From Macrostomum lignano (Eukaryota), in the NCBI GenBank assembly GCA_002269645.1, contig NIVC01003009.1, positions 29,433-93,432 on the forward strand: DNA of 64,000 nt, in the 5' to 3' direction. Made by a program: the position numbers and the translations under genes. This document shows positions 22,678 through 35,662 of the stretch, one piece after another. Numbering within the stretch: the stretch's first letter is position 1; every line of letters begins with the position of its first letter. The notes under the pieces are model-generated. The model saw only the letters and a program-made list of their open reading frames with translations. It was not told where the DNA came from and ran no database searches.

Positions 22678-25213
22678 TTACTTGATTTACTTGACTTAGC
22701 TGCAGGGCGGTCCGAAGACGCAGCGGGGAGGCGAGCGTCGCCCATTCCGCTAATCCCTGAAAGGCCTGCATAGGCTAGGCTAGGGCGCGGGGCCGGTCAG
22801 GGAGGTCTGCCGGTCCTGTCTGCAGCGTTGTCTTCGGTGGGGAAGACGGAGGCTCGCTTAATGGCCCGGAGGAACCGGATGAGCCGTGGGATGTTCTCGG
22901 GCCGGCAAGCGTCGTCCAGGGATGGGTTGGGCCCGAGGTGGTTGAGCCGGTCTCGGCTTGGCGTCTTTGTTCTCGAGGTTGCAGAAAGGGCAGAGTTCGC
23001 TCCGGTGAACACTTCGGAGGAAACAGTGCCTGGCAAAAGCAACCGTGACCTGTGAAGGTCATAGTGAGAGCGCGGATATCTTTTCGATTTTGATTCAGAT
23101 TTTTGCTTGAGGGACGGATTGGGCACTGCCGCATGGGATTGGCGGCATTGGAAATGCCATCCCATCTGCGCAAGTGCAGGATGTCCACCCAGTCGTTAAT
23201 TTGACGATTAATGACCCTGGCGGGGATGGGGGCCAGAGGCACGGGGTCAAGGAGCGAGCTGGAGCTACCCGTCTTGGCGAGGGAGTCGGCGAGCTCGTTA
23301 CCTTTGAAGCCGGCGTGTCCTGGGATCCACAGGAGCCGGACGGTGTTTCTCCGAGCCAGCTTGTTGAGCTGCCCGATACAGTCGCGGACTGTTCGGGATT
23401 TCGTAGTGGTGTGACACAGGGCCTGCAAGGCGGCCTGGCTGTCAGAGTGGAAGAAGATTCTTCTGTCTTTGAAGTCCCTGCAGTGGAGCTCAGCTGCACA
23501 GGAGCTGATGGCAAGGACTTCGTTCTGGAAGACGCTGGAGAGTCTGCCAGTGTGTTGGGCGTGAGTGGCGATCACGCGGCCGTTAAGGATACAGACTCCA
23601 AAGCCGGATAAACCGTCTTTGGAGGATCCGTCAGTGAAGCAGTGAACCTCCTGAGGGGCCCAGCTGTCGTTGGCGTTCTCCCTAGAGGGGATAGTGACCT
23701 TGAAGCGTTGGTAGAGATTGAGGGAGCGCGGCTCAGCGTCCGAAAGGACAGCCGCACTCCCACTCTCCTCCAGAACTTTAAGGCACAGGTCAGAGTGCGG
23801 CAGGAGCTTGCGCTTCGCCATCGCTCTTTGTGGCTTGAAGCTACCGAGCCGGCGGGTGGTTTTAGCTGCCTCGCGACGGACGAAGATGTCCAGAGGCGGG
23901 AGGCAGAGGAAGGCGTTGAGGCCGTCAAAGGGAGCAGAGAGCGGGGCATTCAGAATCATGCAGCACACACGTCCCTGCACCTTTTTAAGGGCTTCATGGC
24001 ATGTTTTAATCTGCAAGGCGCTGGTCCAGACCAGGCCCGCGTAAGTAACGGCCGGCCGGACCATTGCGGTATAGATCCACCAGAGCCGCTTCGGGGTGAG
24101 GCCCCAGGTGGTGCCGAAAGCTCTGCGCAACTGCGCAAGAATCGCGAGGGCTTTTTTGGTTTTGGCCTGGACGTGGGTGGACCAGCTCAGCCGATGGTCC
24201 AGCGTCACGCCGAGACACTTGGTTCGCTTGAAGGATGGGATTTCCACCCGTAAAGCTTTGGCGGGCGAGTACGCCAGTTGACCCTGCTGGTGAACATGAT
24301 CGCGACAGTTTTGGTCTCGGAGAGTCTGAGGCCGCACCTGTCCGCCCATTGTTCAGCAGAGCGAATAAAGTTTTGCAGAAGATCCCTAAGGGTTTCAGGT
24401 GACGGTCCGGATGCTACGACTGTAACATCATCGGCGTAACCGACGTTAAGGATGGGGTCAAGATGGCTGTCCTGAAGGAGCTCATCGATGACCATGTTTC
24501 AGAGAACTGGAGAGAGGACACCGCCTTGGGGGCTGCCTTTGCAGACGGTTACCGTCCGTTGGTGGCCCAACAGGTGTGCGGTGGCAGTAACGGTGGCTGA
24601 TCATTTACATGATCCACCGGGTGAGGTGCGAGTGGGTTCCTCTAGCACGTAGAGCTCTGTCAGAAGCCTCAAAGAGGACATTATCGAAGGCTCCAACAAT
24701 GTCGAGGAAGACAGCGAGAGCGTAGCCATTGCCAAGAACGGCTTTCTCCAGCATGTCGACCAAGACGTGAAGCGCGCCATCCGTGGACCTGCCTGCCCGA
24801 AAGGCGTGCTGGTTCTCACTGAGCGGCTTGTTCTTCAGTTCCACAGAGAGGAGGCGCCAAAGAACCAGTCTCTCCAACAGCTTCACCAGTGAGGAGGTGA
24901 GGCTGATTGGTCTGAAGGATTTAATGGACCGGTAGTCCGGTCGGCCGGGCTTGGGGATAAAAATCACCCTGGCCTCGGTCCAGGTTTTCGGAACAAAGCC
25001 GAGTACAACGCAAGCTTCCAGGAGCCGGCAAAGGTTCCGCAGGAAACCGGTGCATTTCACCGCCTCACACAGGAAGATTGGCACAACGCTGTCCGGTCCT
25101 GGGGATTTGAAGGGTTTGAAGGAGGAGACTGCTTTAGTGACGCGGTCCTAGCATCGCCTCCAGCGTTTCTCCTGGATTCTCAGTGAGCGAGCTGTCGGCT
25201 CTCTTTACTGAGG
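22678..25213 (-). mobile_element. 5'-truncated, degenerate non-LTR retrotransposon (RT + C-terminal RNase H; I-group, LOA/R1-like)
   Basis: RT motifs KSPGPD, FRPISL, QHAF, GSPQGGVLSP, YADD and LGVTLD; RNase H motifs FTDGS, FQNEV, HSDSQ, WIPGH and NELAD; premature stops and frameshifts; 3' tail aagtcaagtaaatcaagtaa; direct repeat AAGCACCAAGGC at 22666-22677 and 25214-25225 (12-bp TSD). Confidence 0.93.
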
Positions 25214-25559
25214 AAGCACCAAGGCACAGACAGTGTACATGCCTGACGATTAGAAAGCCCGGGCCGCTTTACATGAGCCCGAGCGTGTGTATGAGAGCCT
25301 GTCTCTGCGTACAGTACTGGCGCAAATATTTAGTTTATAGATCACTAGTAGCTACCAACAGTAGTAAGTTGCAACTCGAAGGCATCAGCAACAAATTAAA
25401 GAGAAGCAATATGGTGAGCGATCTCTCAGGCTATTTTAGCTGTGGTTTTATATTTATTAGCCATAGGTCATTGCGCTAACAGTCAGCGCTGGCAGGGGCT
25501 GCGTCCAAACAGGTGCTCAGTCAATTCGCGGGGCTCGGCCGGCCGCTCGGCCCGCTGCT

Positions 25560-25880
25560 TCACCAGATGCCCGGCGGCTTCCTCGGCGGCTGCTTCTTGC
25601 CCCGGCGGAACAGCGGGACGCCGTCGCTCACCGTCGCCGCCTCCTCGCCGCCTCCAACCTGGTCGTCGTCGACGATGGGCTGGAGGCGTCGGGGCCATCG
25701 GCAGGGCGCAGCCTCGGTGGCGCAGAGGAGTCGCTCGAGTAGCTCCCGCTCCTGCTGCTGCTGCTGCTGCTGGCGTGAGTGCGGCGCGGCCTCGGCTCCT
25801 GGAAGAAACTGGGCAAGGCTGGCGGCAGCCAGAAGCATCGAGCCGGCCAATAGAAGAATCTGCAGACGGGCTGCTGGCAT
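25560..25880 (-). CDS. Small secreted protein, putative neuropeptide prohormone (106 aa)
   Basis: ccgccATG Kozak context; N-terminal signal peptide (LQILLLAGSMLLAAASLA); basic sites RR, RRGKK and RK; one Cys pair; GC-rich codons like the other genes; AATAAA on the minus strand at 25453-25458, about 100 nt after the stop. Confidence 0.75.
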   Translation of the reverse strand: MPAARLQILLLAGSMLLAAASLAQFLPGAEAAPHSRQQQQQQQERELLERLLCATEAAPCRWPRRLQPIVDDDQVGGGEEAATVSDGVPLFRRGKKQPPRKPPGIW

Positions 25881-26249
25881 GGCGGGCTGGGGTGGCTTGC
25901 TGCACTGATTGCTGGTTTAACAGTTAATTACGATGCTGTTTGCAGTTTCTCCTGATCGAATTGAACAAGCCTTTGGAAATATTGTGGCCAGCGGAGAAGC
26001 GGAGAGAATCGCAGCGGGAGGGCAGGTCGCGTCTTTTGTACCGATGCGCTTTCTCTCTGTTGTTTTTTTTCAGCTCCTGGCTGCAGATTGGATAGGCTGA
26101 GGCCCTTGAGCAGTCTCTGGCCACTCCCTGGCTGAGCTCCGTGCTCACTGCTTTCCCCTACCCATCACTTTTGGCTTCTATTTGCTTCGAATTTTTACCC
26201 TACTCTTCGACTTCTGTCTCTTCCTCTGTTTTTGTCTACCCACCCTGAC

Positions 26250-26710
26250 CCTACTTCTCTGTCTCTCAGCTCTTTCACCTCTACTTCTCAATCTCCTCAC
26301 TCTACTTCTCCATCTCTCCCTCACACTACTTCTTCATCTCTCCCTCATCCCTCACTCTACTTCTCCATCTCTCCCTCATCCCTCACTCTACTTCTCCATC
26401 TCTCCCTCACTCTACTTCTCAATCCCTCCCTCACTCTACTTTTCCATCTCCCTCACTCTACTTCTTCATCTCTCCCTCACTCTACTTCTCCATCTCTCCC
26501 TCACTCTACTTCTCTCTACTTCTCCATCTCCTCACTCTACTTCTCCATCTCCCACTCTACTTCTCCGTCTCTCTCTCTACTTCTCTGACTCCCTCACTCT
26601 ATTCTCCGTCTACTTCACTCTACTACTCAAATCTCGCTCTCTAATTCTCTACCCCCTCTCTACTCCTCCGTCTCCCCATCCTACTTCTCCATCTCCTTCA
26701 CTCTACTTCT
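26250..26710. repeat. Degenerate ~24-bp CT-rich minisatellite (ctcactctacttctccatctctcc)
   Basis: Direct reading. Confidence 0.8.
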
Positions 26711-27278
26711 CAATCGCCCATTCGCCTACTTCTCCGTTTCTAACTCGACTTAACCCACTTTTTGCTCTTCGTTGTGAAAGAATAATTTCTGCATTTTCCC
26801 TGGTTTCCACTATCCACCCAGTCCTCTATCTCCCTCTTCATTGAACAACCCCTATTCACGTCTTTCAGCCTCAAGTGCACGGCGAGACCAAGTGTGTTAA
26901 TCCCCGACCTTCAATTTCGGATCCCGGACGGATAAGCCAACTCGCGGGCCCCTTTCTGCTCGCGTCTTTCATCATACAGAGACACGGTGGGTCTCCCATT
27001 CACTGCCGCCGCCGCCTGCGGCTGGCCCCGGGACAGCAGGGGTGACCAAGCAAGTCCTGATTGCTCGGGGATCTCTAATTTTATTCAAAACGACCCCCTA
27101 GTTGTCCCACGAATTCACTGGCAAAGGAACTCTTTCATTTGACTGCTTTCTGTGGCCATGCAGACTGTCTGCTAGCGCCAATTACCTGCCAGCCCAAGGG
27201 CAACTGATGGAGATAATGGGGATAACCCTGGCTAAAGCAGGCCTGCTGGACATGTGGAGCTGCTTCTCTGGCTGGGCC

Positions 27279-27952
<674 letters not shown>

Positions 27953-28334
27953 TGCATTTAAATCTTTCTGGAAAGTGTTGCCATCGCTTCGTTACTCTGC
28001 CTTTACCTGTCTAACATTGCAAGCAATAAATCCTGAACTAAATTGATGCATTATCAGTTCGTTTCGTACCTGCTTTCCACGATCATTCCACTGTGTGATA
28101 AACTGCCGCCAATCAAGCCATTTCATTCACAGTCACTCCAGCCGAGCACTCGCAGCTTCCTGCTGATCAGACCTTTGCCTGTCCATCACGGGCTTTGTTA
28201 AACTGCTACTCAGGAACTGCGGCCAAACAAAATGCGACAGGCTCTCAAGGCTCCACACAGCTTCCTTCATCATAAGTACTAGGTCGTGCTTGAAAATATC
28301 ATCTTTCCTGTTAACCACTAGGCCAGACTGTGTA

Positions 28335-29480
28335 AGTCTCTGTGAGTGTTGATAAGTCTATGTGAGTGTTGGTGAGCCTCTGTGAGTGTCGGTGAGTCTC
28401 TGTGACTGTCAGTGAGTCTCTGTGAGTGTCAGTGAGTCTCTGTGAGTGTCGGTGAGTCTCTGTGAGTGTCGGTGAGTCTCTGTGAGTGTCAGTGAGTCTC
28501 TGTGACTGTCAGTGAGTCTCTGTGAGTGTCAGTGAGTCTCTGTGAGTGTTGGTGAGCCTCTGTGAGTGTCGGTGAGTCTCTGTGAGTGTTGGTGAGTCTC
28601 TGTGAGTGTCGGTGAGTCTCTGTGAGTGTCGGTGCGTCTCTGTGAGTGTCGGTGAGTCTCTGTGAGTGTTGGTGAGTCTCTGTGAGTGTCGGTGCGTCTC
28701 TGTGAGTGTTGGTGAGTCTCTGTGAGTGTTGGTGAGTCTCTGTGAGTGTTGGTGAGTCTCTGTGAGTGTTGGTGAGCCTCTGTGAGTGTCGATGAGTCTC
28801 TGTGAGTGTCAGTGAGTCTCTGTGAGTGTCGGTGAGTCTTTGTGACTGTCAGTGAGTCTCTGTGAGTGTCAGTGAGTCTCTGTGAGTGTCGGTGAGTCTC
28901 TGTGAGTGTTGGTGAGCCTCTGTGAGTGTCGGTGAGTCTCTGTGAGTGTCGGTGCGTCTCTGTGAGTGTCAGTGAGTCTCTGTGAGTGTCGGTGAGTCTC
29001 TGTGAGTGTTGGTGAGCCTCTGTGAGTGTTGGTGAGTCTCTGTGAGTGTTGGTGAGTCTCTGTGAGTGTCGGTGAGTCTCTGTGAGTGTCGGTGAGTCTC
29101 TGTGAGTGTTGGTGAGTCTCTGTGAGTGTTGGTGAGTCTCTGTGAGTGTTGGTGAGTCTCTGTGAGTGTTGGTGAGTCTATGTGAGTGTTGGTGAGTCTC
29201 TGTGAGTGTCAGTGAGTCTCTGTGAGTATCTGTGAGTCTCTGTGAGTGTTGGTGAGTCTCTGTGAGTGTCAGTGAGTCTCGGTGAGTATCTGTGAGTCTC
29301 TGTGAGTGTTGGTGAGTCTCTGTGAGTGTCAGTAAGTCTCTGTGAGTGTCCGTGAGTATCTTTGAGTCTCTGTGAGTCTCTGTGAGTGTCCGTGAGTATC
29401 TTTGAGTCTCTGTGAGTCTCTGTGAGTCCCTGTGAGTGTTGGTGAGTCTTTGAGTGTTGGTGACTTGCTATGAGTGTCTG
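28335..29480. repeat. 20-bp minisatellite (gtgagtctctgtgagtgtyg)
   Basis: Direct reading; units are in register with the 60-nt lines. Confidence 0.95.
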
Positions 29481-29870
29481 TGAATGTCGGTGAGAGGCGA
29501 GTCTTGCTGAGATTGCCGAAGAACCAGCTAATAAAAAGAGTTGAAATGAAAATTTAATTTAAAAACTTTCGCCGTAGTCACCCCAGAAAGAAGCACCACC
29601 GCACCGTCAGCGATCCCTGGCGACAAATTGGATCTCGGCAAGAATTTTGTGAAATCAAAATTGATCCCACGGGACAGGCACCAAATGGTCGTGCAAGGAC
29701 TCAAAAAGTCGTTAGAAGGCTCTAATTATGGCTGAGAACTGGTTCTCGGCTGATCGGAATTGGCTTAAAACGCCTTTCAGCAGCTCCTGGTTAACCGGCT
29801 AGCGATAATTGGCGGACTCCAAGGACGAACTCGAGTCGTAGAACTGGTGTTCACGGAATTAGCCCGGTCT

Positions 29871-30043
<173 letters not shown>

Positions 30044-30706
30044 CAAGTCGTCAGCCAAGCGCAGTCTATGGCAGCTGCGGCCAGCAGGCTAGTTTGCATA
30101 TCAAATTAAGCCACGGCGTGTTTTGTCAGACTTCGAGTAAGCCGCCCTGGCCAGGGCTTTGTGCATTTCGCTACGACCACACTGCAGATGCAGCCGAGCG
30201 CACCGCACAAGCCCTGTTGCAGGGCGAAGCGCCTTCAGCGTCTCCTTCAACAGCTCGGACGGTTGACAGACGGAGAACTAGAGAAGACTGGACAGCTTTA
30301 TCTTCTGGAGGCTGATGAAGTATAATATTGCATATTGGAATTCCTTTTCCAAGTGCGCGAACTTTTATCCGGAACTGTTCCCGTTCTAGACTCACCCCCT
30401 ATTTTTATCCCTTTTCCCTTTCTTCAACTTGGCCTTCTCGCTTACTTCACTCTGCTGTAATGTATAGGGGTCCCACGGGTGGGCTGGGGGGGGGCATCGG
30501 CCAGCGGATGCAATCAGGCAAATCGACCTCCCGGAATTTGCCCAACTCGGGGTGGATATGAAGGCGAAAGTGAGCGCTGGGGCTGGGATGCTGCGGCTAA
30601 ACTGGTGATGAGGACGGATAAATAATAAATCGGTGGGCTGCACTCAAACAGATCAGAATCCGACAACCTAGCGGACGGGAATGAGCACACCTGTTCGAAT
30701 GGGACT

Positions 30707-31293
<587 letters not shown>

Positions 31294-31693
31294 TACTAGT
31301 ACTCCGTCGCACAAACGCTGGCCGCCTACGCACCCCGCACCCGATCAGTCATCTGCAGCATCCACCGCCACTTCAATTATCCAGAGCCAAAGATTGAGAA
31401 AGTTCGGTCAGTTTAGTCGCCAATATGCGTGACGCGGTCCGCTATTTTCTCCCAAGAAAAGTTGCTGGGAAATTAGTTGAGAGCTTGGCCATCTGCCATC
31501 TGCTTTATCGTCGAGCTTTCGCACTAAGCTTGTTTTAAACTAAACTGGCTATTGAAAGTAGAAAAGACAGAGTGGTAAGCCCGTCTGTGCAGAAGTAAAT
31601 TCAGTAAATGTGATCCAGATCCTTCACAATATACCCAGATACGTCACAACCTACCCAGATCCTTCACAATCTACCCAGATCCTTCACAATCTA

Positions 31694-33004
31694 CGAGGGT
31701 CACTCAGAAAGTCTTTAGCCTGAGTAGGATCCACGAGACGTAGAAGCATGAAATTTGTCTATGGTAAAGACCAACTTTTAAAAGTATCGCAGCAAAAATT
31801 TCAAACAGAAGCAGCCACTTTTGAGTCCACTGCAGCGAGTTAAAGTCAGTTCACCCCCCTGAGTTCTTCAATTCAACAATGAAGCTGGAAAATCGCGACT
31901 TCAGAGCAATGATGTACCTGCACTTCAAGCAAGGCAAGTCGCCGGCCGAATCGTATCAAACTTTACAGAACGTTTTCACCCATGTATGTCCTTCATACGC
32001 AACCGTCAAAAACTGGTTCGCTGAGTTTCGCCGAGGTCGAGAAAGCCTCGAAGATGAACATCGATCCGGGAGACCCTGTGACGCAGTGACTCCAGAAAAT
32101 ATCTGCGCTGTGTCCAGCATGATTGCCGCTGACCGGCGAGTGACCTACCAGCAGATCCAGCAGGAGATCGGTATTGGATCGGGGAGTGTGCACGCCATTC
32201 TGCACGAACACCTTGGAGTGCGGAAGCTGGCTTCCAGGTGGATCCCCCATCAGCTGTCTGACGTGCAGAAGGACACCAGGGTGGCTTGGTGCCGATTCAT
32301 GCTGCAGAAATTCGAATCCGGGACCAGCCGGCGTATCTGGGACATCCTCACGGGCGATGAGACCTGGATTTATCAATACGACCCCGAAAGCAAGCGCCAG
32401 TCAGCCATGTGGACCTTTGGAGACGAGGACAGCCCCACCAAGTTTCGACGCAGCCGGAGTGTCGGCAAGCAGATGGTGGCCTGTTTCTTCATGCGCACTG
32501 GGCATGTGGCTTCCGTTTCACTTGAAGATCGCCAGACAGTCACCGCTGACTGGTACACAACGGTTTGCCTGCCCAAGGTCTTTTCTGCTGTGAGCCAGAG
32601 GCGCCCAAGGTGCGGAATGCGTGGGGTGCTTCTGCACCACGACAACGCCAGCGCGCACACGGCGGCTCAAACTCTGGAGTTTCTGGCTGACTGTGGGGTC
32701 CAGCTGATGACTCACCCTGCTTACAGTCCAGACCTGGCACCGTGCGACTTTTTTCTGTTTCCGAAGTGCAAGGAGATTCTGAAGGGCCAGGTCTTTTCTT
32801 CACCGGAAGAAGCTGTGAATGAGTTTAAAAACATCATCGAGGAGCTCCGGGATGAGGATTGGCGGCAGTGCTTCGACAGCTGGTTTCACAGGATGCAAGC
32901 CTGTATCAATGCCGGTGGAGAGTATTTTGAGCACTTGTAGTCTTTTTTTAGTTCATTTGTTGCTGTTTTCGTGTTCAAGCTAAGAACTTTCTGAGTGACC
33001 CTCG
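31694..33004 (+). mobile_element. Full-length mariner (Tc1/mariner, D,D34D) transposon, 1311 bp
   Basis: 30-bp TIRs at 31694-31723 and 32975-33004 (first 19 bp perfect, 3 mismatches in total), flanked by TA at 31692-31693 and 33005-33006; encloses an intact transposase ORF. Confidence 0.97.
31879..32940 (+). CDS. Mariner transposase (353 aa, intact)
   Basis: HTH N-terminus, WIPHQL, TGDETW, HHDNAS and YSPDLAPCDF motifs; 34 residues between the second and third catalytic Asp (counted). Confidence 0.97.
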   Translation: MKLENRDFRAMMYLHFKQGKSPAESYQTLQNVFTHVCPSYATVKNWFAEFRRGRESLEDEHRSGRPCDAVTPENICAVSSMIAADRRVTYQQIQQEIGIGSGSVHAILHEHLGVRKLASRWIPHQLSDVQKDTRVAWCRFMLQKFESGTSRRIWDILTGDETWIYQYDPESKRQSAMWTFGDEDSPTKFRRSRSVGKQMVACFFMRTGHVASVSLEDRQTVTADWYTTVCLPKVFSAVSQRRPRCGMRGVLLHHDNASAHTAAQTLEFLADCGVQLMTHPAYSPDLAPCDFFLFPKCKEILKGQVFSSPEEAVNEFKNIIEELRDEDWRQCFDSWFHRMQACINAGGEYFEHL

Positions 33005-34491
33005 TACCCAGATCCTTTACAATCTACCCAGATCCTTCACAATCTACCCAGATCCTTCACAATCTACCCAGATCCTTTACAATCTACCCAGATCCTTCAC
33101 AATCTACCCAGATCCTTTACAATCTACCCAGATCCTTCACAATCTACCCAGATCCTTTACAATCTACCCAGATCCTTCACAATCTACCCAGATCCTTTAC
33201 AATCTACCCAGATCCTTCAAAATCTACCCAGATCCTTTACAATCTACCCAGATCCTTTACAATCTACCCAGATCCTTCACAATCTACCCAGATCCTTTAC
33301 AATCTACCCAGATCCTTCACAATCTACCCAGATCCTTCACAATCTACCCAGATCCTTTACAATCTACCCAGATCCTTCACAATCTACCCAGATCCTTTAC
33401 AATCTACCCAGATCCTTCACAATCTACCCAGATCCTTTACAATCTACCCAGATCCTTCACAATCTACCCAGATCCTTTACAATCTACCCAGATCCTTCAC
33501 AATCTACCCAGATCCTTTACAATCTACCCAGATCCGTCACAATCTACCCAGATCCTTTACAATCTACCCAGATCCTTCACAATCTACCCAGATCCTTCAC
33601 AATCTACCCAGATCCTTCACAATCTACCCAGATCCTTTACAATCTACCCAGATCCTTCACAATCTACCCAGATCCTTTACAATCTACCCAGATCCTTCAC
33701 AATATACCCAGATCCTTCACGATCTACCAAGATCCTTCCCAATTCCTCAGTTTAAGACAGACTCAGCCTAGACTCACCTACTCACACCTACTCTCATCAG
33801 ATCTCAGCCGGTCCCGCGCTATGAACTCAAACCAATGCTTCCCAACTAAGAACAGAACGGAACTATTTCTCGGAAAGTTTTACGGGCGCATTGCTCACCG
33901 CAGACTAGCAGGCCTTGGAGATAATAACTCACAGTCCTCACTTGCGGTAATGAAATGGCAGAGGGAAATTGAGTCAGAGAGCCCAAAGCAGGCGGTCGTC
34001 GCTGGGAAAAGTGCATTCAGTTTTCCCATCTATGGTTTCAGCCAGTAAAGGGGAGGATGGAGAAATGGCAGCTTGAGCTCGAATCTAATTTACGACTTCG
34101 GGGCGGGGCGAGTCGGAGCCGGGGGGAGGGGGTTGCGGGCAATAAAATATGGCGATGCGCGAGGCAGCGGAGGAGTGAAGCAAGGGAAGGAAGTAGATGA
34201 TGAGGGAGCAGTGCAGGAGAATCTCTGCTAGGAGAGATGGCCGAATGAAGTCTCAAGTGTCGAATGATTTATCGAGTTCCGATGAAGGCAGCTGAGGCTC
34301 GCACTTGTCAAGGAATTGAGGATTCTACGAGAGAGCCCCTTGTGCTGCTGTGTTGCGTGCGACGCCCAAGTGAGTTCTCTCGGCTGCTGCTTTCCGCTGT
34401 TAATTTAGCGGAATAGAAACAAACACTGTCTTCTGCTGCTTTCGGCTTTGAAACTTTTTCTGCTTTCAATTTTAGCTGCTTCAGAAAGACT

Positions 34492-35092
34492 GGAGAGGGT
34501 AGCAGTGGCAGCTGATGAAGGGCCGGAGAGGGTAGCAGTGGCAGCTGATGAAGGGCCGGAGAGGGTAGCAGTGGCAGCTGATGAAGGGCCGGAGAGGGTA
34601 GCAGTGGCAGCTGATGAAGGGCCGGAGAGGGTAGCAGTGGCAGCTGATGAAGGGCCGGAGAGGGTAGCAGTGGCAGCTGATGAAGGACCGGAGAGGGTAG
34701 CAGTGGCAGCTGATGAAGGACCGGAGAGGGTAGCAGTGGCAGCTGATGAAGGGCCGGAGAGGGTAGCAGTGGCAGCTGATGAAGGGCCGGAGAGGGTAGC
34801 AGTGGCAGCTGATGAAGGACCGGAGAGGGTAGCAGTGGCAGCTGATGAAGGACCGGAGAGGGTAGCAGTGGCAGCTGATGAAGGACCGGAGAGGGTAGCA
34901 GTGGCAGCTGATGAAGGGCCGGAGAGGGTAGCAGTGGCAGCTGATGAAGGGCCGGAGAGGGTAGCAGTGGCAGCTGATGAAGGACCGGAGAGGGTAGCAG
35001 TGGCAGCTGATGAAGGACCGGAGAGGGTAGCAGTGGCAGCTGATGAAGGACCGGAGAGGGTAGCAGTGGCAGCTGATGAAGGACCGGAAAGG
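34492..35092. repeat. 33-bp minisatellite (gagagggtagcagtggcagctgatgaaggrccg)
   Basis: Direct reading; the 11-aa unit ERVAVAADEGP is open on +. Confidence 0.95.
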
Positions 35093-35662
35093 GTAAGCAG
35101 CGGGAAAAATGCTGGGGGTCTTAGAATCGGCAGAGACGAGGAGTTACGACGCTCCGAGATGAAAAAGTCCGGTGACTAGCGAGGCCGGCCCAGCGTCAGT
35201 ATATTTTCTGATTAGCTTAAGTTCTCAGTCCGTGCTCATTAGGAAGGGATTAACTGACACGACTCAAAAATGTAGCTAGAGAAAAGCCTTGCTTTAATCT
35301 CAACTCCTACGCTTAAAGTGACTCCTATCCCAGTTGTTTAACAAGAGATGTCAGCTGCATCATTGATGAGTTACAGCTGCACAATTAGATTAGCGGCTTC
35401 CTCGGCAACTATTTTGAAAGAGCAATTGATAATTAAGAGAGGCGTCGCATGAGCACAGCTCAATTTGCTATATAGATAATCGAAGCCAGGAATCTGTGAC
35501 CCGATTGCCACGCAAAAACTCAAGTTGACAGGCTCAAGCAAAGCCAGCACCTCGTTGCCAGGCGGAACTCAAGCTTCACTATTCAAGCGTATGCGAGCAT
35601 GCATAGCATGGCCCGGACTCCCGATGGACTGCGCGCTATCGATTCTGACTGGACGCGATCGA

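Larger units (their letters stand above)
31610..33735. repeat. 20-bp minisatellite (atctacccagatccttyaca) split by the mariner insertion
   Basis: About 4 units left of 31694 and many more right of 33004; the unit resumes exactly at TA|cccagatcc. Confidence 0.95.

Noticed and set aside
25560-25580. Calling the peptide a true GLWamide/KPPGLWamide orthologue
   Set aside because: Trp is followed directly by TGA, so there is no amidation Gly; the possible GTGAAG donor is weak and a polyA signal follows. Kept only as a resemblance.
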